From a virus: DNA of 17,091 nucleotides. Location: positions 1 through 17,091 of IMG/VR virus record IMGVR_UViG_3300047160_030535. One strand, 5' to 3'. This document shows positions 6,161-12,320 of this stretch, piece after piece. Numbering within the stretch: position 1 is the first letter of the stretch; every line of letters starts with the position of its first letter. The notes beneath the pieces were generated by a model that saw nothing but the letters and a program-made list of their open reading frames with translations, was not told where the DNA came from and did not search any database. The translations under genes and the position numbers were made by a program.

Positions 6161-6303
6161 TAAGCAGCAGCTGCTGCAGCTGCAGCAGTACTACTACCAA
6201 TAGATGCACCGAGGCCTGCGACAGATACTCCGGTCACCATCAGGGAGGCCACGAACATCACCATGATCATGATGATCATGATGATCACGACCACCATGGT
6301 CAT
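6130..6303 (-). CDS. Possible small hydrophobic peptide, 57 aa (speculative)
   Basis: MTMVVVIIMIIMIMVMFVASLMVTGVSVAGLGASIGSSTAAAAAAAAYQSRQKSRKR: one very hydrophobic segment, poly-Ala, and a basic tail. No convincing SD. The second half has low GC3. The 3' end overlaps the tyrosine recombinase stop region in antisense. Confidence 0.25.
   Translation of the reverse strand: MTMVVVIIMIIMIMVMFVASLMVTGVSVAGLGASIGSSTAAAAAAAAYQSRQKSRKR
6263..6289. repeat. Tandem 9-bp repeat ATGATCATG x2 plus ATGATCACG, giving three GATC sites 9 bp apart
   Basis: Read directly: ATGATCATG ATGATCATG ATGATCACG. It is embedded in a locally AT-richer, low-complexity segment (6160-6350). Confidence 0.8.
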
Positions 6304-6350
6304 GACGACCACGACCAGGGTGGCTCGGGGGCGAGAGATGTAAGGCGACG

Positions 6351-6641
6351 CTACGCCGCCAGAGCCTTCAGCACGTGGTCCGGATCCTTCTTGATCGCCT
6401 TCAGGAGAGCCTTGGCGGGCCCGGTGGGCTCGCGCAGGCCCTGCTCCCAATTACGCAGCGTGCCGACGTTCACGTGCATCAGGGCGGCGAACTTGGGCTG
6501 GCTCAAGCCGGTCTCCGCCCGCAGCGCCTTGATGGCCACAGCGTCGATGCTGAACTCGCGGGACGGCGCCCGCTCGCCGCGGGCGATTTCGCCCATCTGC
6601 GTCACGCTCTCAACCAGGTCAGCAAACAGCTTTTTGTTCAC
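6351..6641 (-). CDS. higA: HigA-2-like XRE-family antitoxin, 96 aa
   Basis: IKALRAETGLSQPKFAALMHVNVGTLRNWEQGLREPTGPAKALLKAI matches the XRE HTH plus the WEQG.R.PtGpA.aLL signature of HigA-2-type antitoxins. GTG start with GAGAGG upstream. It lies 10 nt downstream of the toxin gene. Confidence 0.8.
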   Translation of the reverse strand: MNKKLFADLVESVTQMGEIARGERAPSREFSIDAVAIKALRAETGLSQPKFAALMHVNVGTLRNWEQGLREPTGPAKALLKAIKKDPDHVLKALAA

Positions 6642-6651
6642 GGCACACCTC

Positions 6652-6963
6652 TCACCAATCCTGCACGAGCCTACGGAGAACCTTCTTTTCTGCTGCGCTC
6701 AGATCGTCTTTCACACCCTTGCTGTAGATCGCCAACAAGCGCACCTGCGATGCCGCGGTGAGGTAGAAGTAGATCACTCGTACGCCGCCGCTCTTGCCAC
6801 CGCCTGGGACCGCCCAGCGCACCTTGCGCAACCCGCCGGTGCCTTGGATGACTGGCCCGGCCTGCGGGCGGAGCGCCAGAAACCACTGAAACTCCGAATA
6901 AGCTTCATCGCTAAGCAGCTCCTTCACCTGCCGGGTGAAGACTGGCGTCTCGATGAAGACCAT
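6652..6963 (-). CDS. higB: HigB-2-like RelE/ParE-superfamily toxin, 103 aa
   Basis: GPVIQGTGGLRKVRWAVPGGGKSGGVRVIYFYL...LLAIYSKGVKDDLSAAEKKVL matches the conserved GtGGlRKlR...GKrGG.RviY...iY.K...dL core of HigB-2-type toxins. Toxin-first gene order is typical of hig loci. Confidence 0.8.
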   Translation of the reverse strand: MVFIETPVFTRQVKELLSDEAYSEFQWFLALRPQAGPVIQGTGGLRKVRWAVPGGGKSGGVRVIYFYLTAASQVRLLAIYSKGVKDDLSAAEKKVLRRLVQDW

Positions 6964-6972
6964 GCGGCATGG

Positions 6973-7004
6973 TACACCAATGGTGTAGATACATCAATGG
7001 TGTA
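6973..7004. promoter_or_regulatory. Tandem palindromic operators in the higB / 77-aa-gene divergent intergenic region
   Basis: TACACCAATGGTGTA (6973-6987) and TACATCAATGGTGTA (6990-7004), 17-bp period. Each has 6-bp arms TACA(C/T)C/GGTGTA. They are flanked by ATGCGGC...GCCGCAT symmetry around the two divergent start codons. Confidence 0.6.
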
Positions 7005-7019
7005 CGGTAGGGCCGCATT

Positions 7020-7253
7020 ATGCCCGTGACCAGCCCGCGCAATATCAAGGCTTTCCGCCGCTCCCAGCGCTATCGCGTCGAGATCCGCCGTGTGTGGATC
7101 GACCTGGTGCAGCGCCGGCCCTTCGAGCCTGTCACCGCGGCGGCGATCGCGAGGCACCTCAAGTTCACGCTGTCAGCCAGCGCCATTCGTTGGCACATGC
7201 GTGCGATCCGCACGGCCGCACTGGTAGCCGACGCAGATAGGTTGGCACTATGA
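7020..7253 (+). CDS. Small putative DNA-binding protein, 77 aa
   Basis: High GC3. VTAAAIARHLKFTLSASAIRWHMRAI looks like an HTH/winged-helix segment. It is transcribed divergently from higBA. Confidence 0.5.
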   Translation: MPVTSPRNIKAFRRSQRYRVEIRRVWIDLVQRRPFEPVTAAAIARHLKFTLSASAIRWHMRAIRTAALVADADRLAL

Positions 7254-7334
7254 GAATTCCTAGGTCGATAGAGTGCAGCTATGATGGCTGCAGTTGGTGA
7301 AGTACTTTTCTGCACCAACAGGAGAGTGCTCGCG

Positions 7335-7955
7335 ATGCCCGGCCAAGGTGGTAACCCGCACGTTCAATGCTCTATCTGCCGGCACGCGGAGCGGCCGCGT
7401 ATGGAGCTATTGCTGGTGAGCGGGGCTGCGGCGAGCGCTGTGGGGCGCAAGTTCAGTGTGAGCCCCCATGCCCTGGGACGGCACTTGCGGGCCCACGTAA
7501 GCCAGGAGAGGCGAGCGCAGCTGATTGCCGGCCCGATCAAGCTGCACGAGCTCGCCGAGCGTGCCGCTGAGTCCGATCTCTCGCTGCGCGACTATCTGGC
7601 GCTCGTGCGCTCCACGGTGCTCGCGCAGATGCTGGCGGCCGCTGAGGCGAGTGACCGGCAGGGGGTGGCGCTTCTCGCCGGGCGGGTGACGGAATGCCTG
7701 CGGCTCGAGGCACAGGTGAACGACGAACTGCGGCCGGTACTCTCGCAGGTCAACAACAACACGGTCATCAACAACTTCTACGCGTCGCCCGAGTTTGCGC
7801 AGTTCATGGATGACCTGGTGCGCGCCCTCGGCCCATTCCCGGAGGCTCGCGAGGCCGTGCTTGCAGTGTTCGAGCGCCGCCTCGCGCCCGCCGCGCAACA
7901 CCCTGCCCTGGAGCATCAGCCCGATGTCAAAGAAACCGCCGCAGCCGCCGTCTGA
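7335..7955 (+). CDS. Putative terminase small subunit, 206 aa (N-terminal Zn-finger + HTH)
   Basis: AGGAG lies 9 nt upstream of ATG 7335; the alternative ATGs at 7281/7284 lack an SD. CSICRH...GRKFSVSPHALGRHLRAH is a C-x2-C plus HTH N-terminus that I recall from small terminase-like phage proteins. The gene lies immediately upstream of TerL and overlaps it by 32 nt. Confidence 0.55.
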   Translation: MPGQGGNPHVQCSICRHAERPRMELLLVSGAAASAVGRKFSVSPHALGRHLRAHVSQERRAQLIAGPIKLHELAERAAESDLSLRDYLALVRSTVLAQMLAAAEASDRQGVALLAGRVTECLRLEAQVNDELRPVLSQVNNNTVINNFYASPEFAQFMDDLVRALGPFPEAREAVLAVFERRLAPAAQHPALEHQPDVKETAAAAV

Positions 7956-10128
7956 GCCCCCGGCGGCGAAGCCGCACCGCGCTTTTGTCGAGGCGTTGCG
8001 CGGCGCGTGGCGCCGTCAGGCGCGTCCCGAGCAGCTCGCACCGCCTGGTGCGTGGACTACGTGGGTGTTCAACGGCGGCCGCGGCAGCGGCAAGACGCGC
8101 AGCGGCGCCGAGTGGGTGCAGGAGCGCGTAGCCGGCGGCGAGAGGTACGTGCACCTGGTCGCGCCTACCGCGGCCGACGTGCGCGACGTCATGCTCGAAG
8201 GGCCGGCGGGCATTCTCAGTATCGCAGCGCCGCACATGCGCCCCATCTATCAGCCGAGCTTGCGCAAGCTCGTTTGGCCCAACGGTGCGCAGGGATTGCT
8301 GTTCAGCGCCGATGAGCCCGACCGATTGCGCGGCCCACAGTGCGGCACGCTCTGGATTGATGAGCTTTGCGCCATGCGTACGGCGCAGGACGTGCTCGAC
8401 AACGCCTACTTCGGGCTGCGCCTCGGCAAGGACCCGCGCTGCCTGATAACTACCACCCCGAGGCCGCTCAAGCCATTCAAGGCGCTGCTCGCGCGCGACG
8501 GCCAGGACGTTGTGGTGACGCGCTCGTCGAGCTACGCGAACCGCGACAACCTGGCGCCGTCATTCTTCGCGCAGATCGTCGCCAAGTACGCAGGGACGCG
8601 TCTACACGCGCAGGAGGTGGAGGCGCAGCTGCTCACGGACACGCCCGGCGCGCTCTGGCATCTCGATCGCATCGAGGAGTTGCGCGTGCGCGTCGCGCCG
8701 CAGCCATTCGAGCGCGTTGTCGTGGCGATCGATCCAGCCGTGACTTTCGGTCCCGACAGTGACGAGACGGGCATCGTGGTAGTCGCGCTCGCCGCGGATG
8801 GCACGGCGTACGTGCTCGATGATCTCAGCGGCCGTTATCCGCCCGAGGAATGGGCGCGCCGCGCGATTCAAGCCTACAGGGTGCACGCCGCCGATCGTAT
8901 CGTCGCCGAGATCAACAACGGCGGTGCGTTGGTTGAGAGCACGCTGCGCAGCGTCGACCCCGGGATTCCGTACACCGCGGTGCACGCGAGTCGCGGCAAG
9001 CTGACGCGCGCCGAGCCAGTCAGCGCGCTCTATGAGCAGGGGCGTGTGCATCACGTCGGCGTGTTCGGGCCGCTCGAGGATCAACTCACGAGTTATGACG
9101 GCAGTCGAAACGGCGCGAGTCCCGATCGGCTGGACGCGCTGTGCTGGGCGATCACCGAGCTCATGCTTGGCGAACCCCCGGGCCGCTTCATCCGCGCCGA
9201 GGCGCTGCTGCGCACGGATTCAGCGGGCGTACCGGCTCCCGTAGACATGCCCGACCAGGTGGAGCGTGTGTTCGCCTTCGCGGCCATCGTTGAGAGCGAA
9301 GCCGATGCGCTCGGCACGGTGTTTTTTGCCGTGGCGCCGGGCAGCCCGCGGGTGGTGGTCGCGGGCTGGGATATTCAGGCCCTCGAGCAGTCAACGCTTG
9401 ACACATATTTCCCAGCGGTGGCCGAGCGCCTGCAGGAGCTCGCCGCGCTCACCGGCAGTAGTCCGCTGCGTGCGCGGCTGATCGTCGAGCCAGCGGGGCT
9501 CGGCGCGGTGCTGCTCGAGCAAGGCCAGCTGCGGCGCTACAACGTTGCGGCGCTCGTCGACAAGGGTCTACTCGAGAAGGATCTGACGGCACGCGTGATC
9601 GAGGTCGGCAACTACCTGGCGGCTGGCGGAATCAAGCTGCTTGCGCGAGCACACGAGGAAACGCAGACGTTCAAGGGAGTGAATCGCAATCATCTGACGG
9701 CAGCGCTCGCCGCATTCAGGCTCGGCGACGCCGACAAGAAGATTGGTCCGCTGCTCGCGGCCTTCGCGACGGGCGCACTCGATGTATTGAACACGAACCC
9801 CGCTCTGAATACGTGGTTGCGGTTGGCGGACCGGTGGGGACTTACGAATCGTGCGCCCGCCGAGGGCGGGAAGCTCGCGAATGTCATGGCACCGCCCCCT
9901 GCGGCGCGCCCTGCGCCGGCCGCGGCGCCGCCCGTGCATCCCGAGGTCGCCAAGCTCATGGGGCCGCTGCTGTACGCGGGCTGCAACGTCGCGGCTATCA
10001 GGCGGCAAGCCGAGCAGACGCTGCGCAAGCGCTGCGAGATCGCGGTGAGTATCGAGCGCCAGGCGGGTCGCCACGCGGCTGCCGATGCGTTGATCGCCGA
10101 GCTGGCCGCCACTGGGCTCACCCCATGA
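7924..10128 (+). CDS. Terminase large subunit, 734 aa, with an unusual ~315-aa C-terminal extension
   Basis: Walker A GGRGSGKT and Walker B-like TLWIDE. Nuclease-domain motifs VVVAIDPA, IVAEINNGGALVES, SPDRLDALCWAITEL. This core ends near nt 9180, but the ORF continues to 10128. Start set at ATG 7924 (MSKKPPQPP). Confidence 0.9.
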   Translation: MSKKPPQPPSEPPAAKPHRAFVEALRGAWRRQARPEQLAPPGAWTTWVFNGGRGSGKTRSGAEWVQERVAGGERYVHLVAPTAADVRDVMLEGPAGILSIAAPHMRPIYQPSLRKLVWPNGAQGLLFSADEPDRLRGPQCGTLWIDELCAMRTAQDVLDNAYFGLRLGKDPRCLITTTPRPLKPFKALLARDGQDVVVTRSSSYANRDNLAPSFFAQIVAKYAGTRLHAQEVEAQLLTDTPGALWHLDRIEELRVRVAPQPFERVVVAIDPAVTFGPDSDETGIVVVALAADGTAYVLDDLSGRYPPEEWARRAIQAYRVHAADRIVAEINNGGALVESTLRSVDPGIPYTAVHASRGKLTRAEPVSALYEQGRVHHVGVFGPLEDQLTSYDGSRNGASPDRLDALCWAITELMLGEPPGRFIRAEALLRTDSAGVPAPVDMPDQVERVFAFAAIVESEADALGTVFFAVAPGSPRVVVAGWDIQALEQSTLDTYFPAVAERLQELAALTGSSPLRARLIVEPAGLGAVLLEQGQLRRYNVAALVDKGLLEKDLTARVIEVGNYLAAGGIKLLARAHEETQTFKGVNRNHLTAALAAFRLGDADKKIGPLLAAFATGALDVLNTNPALNTWLRLADRWGLTNRAPAEGGKLANVMAPPPAARPAPAAAPPVHPEVAKLMGPLLYAGCNVAAIRRQAEQTLRKRCEIAVSIERQAGRHAAADALIAELAATGLTP

Positions 10129-10129
10129 G

Positions 10130-10423
10130 GTGCGCGGCGCTGCGGGCGTCTGCGTGAGCCAGGCGCCGCGCAATCGCCTGACGCCCGAGCAGGTCGGCCG
10201 CTCGGTACTCGCGGTGCTGGCGCGCCAGGCTGACGAGAAGCGCCGCCAGGGCGAGCGAACCGCTGCCGCCGTGCGAGCGTTGCTCAAGGGCGATCCGGCG
10301 CTCTCAGCGCGCGAGGTTCACGCACGGCTGCCGATTGTGGTATCGGTGCGGCGCGTTCAACAGATTTTGAAAGCGCTTCGACGAAGCACCGTCGGTGTTT
10401 CGCTTCAGTCCGACGCACACTGA
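10130..10423 (+). CDS. Small HTH protein, about 97 aa
   Basis: High GC3. GTG start (10130, or alternatively 10154). LSAREVHARLPIVVSVRRVQQILKAL looks like an HTH. Confidence 0.5.
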   Translation: MRGAAGVCVSQAPRNRLTPEQVGRSVLAVLARQADEKRRQGERTAAAVRALLKGDPALSAREVHARLPIVVSVRRVQQILKALRRSTVGVSLQSDAH

Positions 10424-10427
10424 GTCC

Positions 10428-10652
10428 ATGGACGTCCAACTCGCACGCACCACGGGCCCGCTGGAGCGCCTCGCTTACTCGCTGGCCGAGGCCGAGGCGG
10501 CGAGCGGAATCTCGCGCAGCTCGCTGTACAACCTGATCGCGGCCGGGAAGCTCAAGACAATCCAGCTCGGCCGCCGGCGCCTGGTGCCGCGCGAAGAACT
10601 TGAGCGGCTGTGCAGCCTCAACCCAACCAACCAGGAGGAGCGACTCGCGTGA
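10428..10652 (+). CDS. Excisionase-family (AlpA/Xis-type) HTH DNA-binding protein, 74 aa
   Basis: YSLAEAEAASGISRSSLYNLIAAGKLKTIQLGRRRLVPREELERL matches the excisionase-family HTH pattern (s..eaA..lgvSrstly.li..G.l....iGrr.lip...l..). Confidence 0.75.
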   Translation: MDVQLARTTGPLERLAYSLAEAEAASGISRSSLYNLIAAGKLKTIQLGRRRLVPREELERLCSLNPTNQEERLA

Positions 10653-11113
10653 CAGAAACGAAGACACCATGGCTGCGCGCAGGAGACGGCCGCGTGCGCT
10701 TGATCGTGTTGAAGATGTTCTATTTCCTCCAGAAGGTTGGTGGCACCAACAGCACGACAGGCCGAGAGCGTAAGTTCGAGGTGAAGGAGCACCTGTTGGA
10801 TCCCAACAATGCCGACGACGCGGCGGTGCTCGCACACCCTTGGGTTCACCGGGACTTTTGCGACGGCTTCATCGAGTCGCCCGCCGCGACTCGCGCGCGC
10901 GTCGAGCGCGAAGCCGCAGCGGAAGCCGAGCGCACCGCGGCCGCCCAGCGTCGCATCGAAATATTGACGCGCGAGGCCGATGCAGCATTCGGACACGCAG
11001 TGCGCCACGCTCAGCAGCAGGGCGCCGCAGGGGCGGCGGTGGCTGACGAGCTCAACACCCCGTTAAACCAACTCGGCGGCGCTGCGCTCGACGTGCCGCT
11101 CGATGCACGGTGA
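10649..11113 (+). CDS. Hypothetical protein, 154 aa
   Basis: GTG start in a GTGA overlap with the excisionase-like gene, with AGGAGGAG upstream. The C-terminal half is Ala/Glu/Arg-rich and helical. Confidence 0.5.
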   Translation: MTETKTPWLRAGDGRVRLIVLKMFYFLQKVGGTNSTTGRERKFEVKEHLLDPNNADDAAVLAHPWVHRDFCDGFIESPAATRARVEREAAAEAERTAAAQRRIEILTREADAAFGHAVRHAQQQGAAGAAVADELNTPLNQLGGAALDVPLDAR

Positions 11114-11174
11114 GCGGATGAATCACATTCGAGCATGGGGGGGCCAGCGGGTTGGGCGCCGCACGCTCCGTCGC

Positions 11175-11193
11175 CGGGTTTTTACCCGTTTTT
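11175..11193 (+). terminator. Short intrinsic-terminator-like hairpin CGGGT-TTTT-ACCCG followed by TTTTT
   Basis: Read directly, about 60 nt after the stop at 11113. The stem is only 5 bp, so this is weak. Confidence 0.3.
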
Positions 11194-11353
11194 CTACCGG
11201 CGGCCGCACCACTGGTAGGTGTGCGCGAAAACCACCAGCGCCGGCACGGGGGGGAGCCTCCTAATAATCTTTTTCCCCCTGGTGGCCGCAAGCGCGCCGG
11301 TTGGTCCATGTCGGCGCGCGCCCCTTCGAATTCAACGTTAGGAGTTAGTTGAC

Positions 11354-12067
11354 ATGAATACTCTTGGTTATAGGCACTGCGGCGAACGCGTCGTGGGACC
11401 AATTCCAACACGCGATGGCAACGTGTACGCCCCGCTGAGGATTACGCGTGATCAGCTCAACAGCGTCGAGCCCACTGGTCAAACAATTAGCCGCGGCAAA
11501 GTGTGGACCGGTGAGGGCGTCAACGCACGACTTGACTCGAAAGCTGCGCCCGTTCGCGCTTTTGTCGGCGGGTATACGCTCGGCAATGTCATTCACGCCG
11601 TCGATCCGGGGCAATTGATTGATCTCGCGCGCACCTACAAAGGGCTCATCGAAGATGAAGACATTCGCGCTGGTGTCGAGCACCAGATCGATGCGTTGGA
11701 ACGCGAGTGGGTAGCCGATCCGCGCTCTGGCGGCATTGATCATCGCGGTGCGCGGGACCGCGGTGCAAAGGACTCGCCTGGCGCCGCCCTTGACAACCCC
11801 TACCCCGCCGAACACGAGGCGCCGCCGCTGGTTCCATCGCAGTCGCGGGATGCGATGTTCAACCCCGCACGCACTGAGGCCTTCGCGCGGAACATGAAGT
11901 CAGGCCGCACCGACCAGACCTCCGCAGTGCGGGACGCGGCCGTCGCAAGCGCGAAGGCCCACGCCGCAGGGCGACAGCAGCCAACGCGCAGCCGGTTTTT
12001 TGACCCCAGCCCGGCGCGGAGCTATGCCGAAAGACTCAGGGCCGGCCGGGCGGCGAAGAGTGCGTAG
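11354..12067 (+). CDS. Hypothetical protein, 237 aa
   Basis: AGGAG lies 9 nt upstream of the ATG. The sequence is plausible as non-repetitive protein in this frame, while the competing minus-strand ORF 11345-11815 looks off-frame. No family recognised. Confidence 0.6.
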   Translation: MNTLGYRHCGERVVGPIPTRDGNVYAPLRITRDQLNSVEPTGQTISRGKVWTGEGVNARLDSKAAPVRAFVGGYTLGNVIHAVDPGQLIDLARTYKGLIEDEDIRAGVEHQIDALEREWVADPRSGGIDHRGARDRGAKDSPGAALDNPYPAEHEAPPLVPSQSRDAMFNPARTEAFARNMKSGRTDQTSAVRDAAVASAKAHAAGRQQPTRSRFFDPSPARSYAERLRAGRAAKSA

Positions 12068-12320
12068 GTTGCAGCACGACGAACTCGTCGCGGCGGCTAT
12101 GGCGCTGCCCACGCCGGCGCACTGTGCGGGCTGCGGCCGCGCGTTTCGCGATGAGGTGATCTGGCGGCGCGTCGAGGAGATGATGTTGGGGCCGGTCGTG
12201 ATCGCGCTTTGCGAGCCATGCAATCAGCGAATCCCTCGCGGGAGCCTGGCAGAGCTGCCGTTGATAGCGAAGGCTGAGGGCGAGGTGCTCGCGGCCTTGA
12301 TTGCGCAAGGCCACGCATAA
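12060..12320 (+). CDS. Small CxxC...CxxC zinc-ribbon protein, about 86 aa (start uncertain: GTG 12060 or ATG 12099)
   Basis: HCAGCGRAF...CEPCNQ. The TAATG stop/start overlap with the next gene suggests translational coupling. Confidence 0.45.
   Translation: MRRLQHDELVAAAMALPTPAHCAGCGRAFRDEVIWRRVEEMMLGPVVIALCEPCNQRIPRGSLAELPLIAKAEGEVLAALIAQGHA

Noticed and set aside
6232-6320. His/Asp-rich tract (GHHQGGHEHHHDHDDHDDHDHHGHDDHDQ) in plus frame 1, possibly a metal-binding peptide
   Set aside because: I could find no ATG/GTG/TTG start in that frame between the recombinase stop and the tract. It would require frameshifting from the recombinase frame, for which I see no slippery site. Kept only as a note under the low-complexity finding.
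5326-7029. 567-aa plus-strand ORF spanning the tyrosine recombinase, the low-complexity segment and the whole higBA locus
   Set aside because: It overlaps three well-supported genes in other frames or on the other strand. Its translation is Arg/Ala/Pro/Gly-rich, as expected for an off-frame read of GC-rich DNA. Long spurious ORFs are common at this GC content.
5509-7273. 10-bp direct repeat GTCGATAGAG at 5509-5518 and 7264-7273, bracketing the recombinase-TA block as if it were an inserted cassette
   Set aside because: Many 10-mer coincidences are expected by chance in a 17-kb window. There is no extended similarity on either side and no target-site-duplication-like context.
8602-10287. Minus-strand ORFs 8602-9084, 9568-10287 and 9690-10121
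   Set aside because: They are antisense to TerL and the following HTH gene. Typical GC-rich shadow ORFs (Arg/Ala/Ser-rich).
10284-11008. Minus-strand ORFs 10284-10835 (183 aa) and 10475-11008 (177 aa)
   Set aside because: They overlap the excisionase-family gene, which has a strong motif match, and its GTGA-coupled neighbour on the plus strand. Their composition looks off-frame.
11345-11815. Minus-strand 156-aa ORF competing with the plus-strand 237-aa CDS
   Set aside because: The plus-strand gene has a good AGGAG SD and continues the operon. The minus ORF has no SD and would start inside the neighbouring intergenic region.
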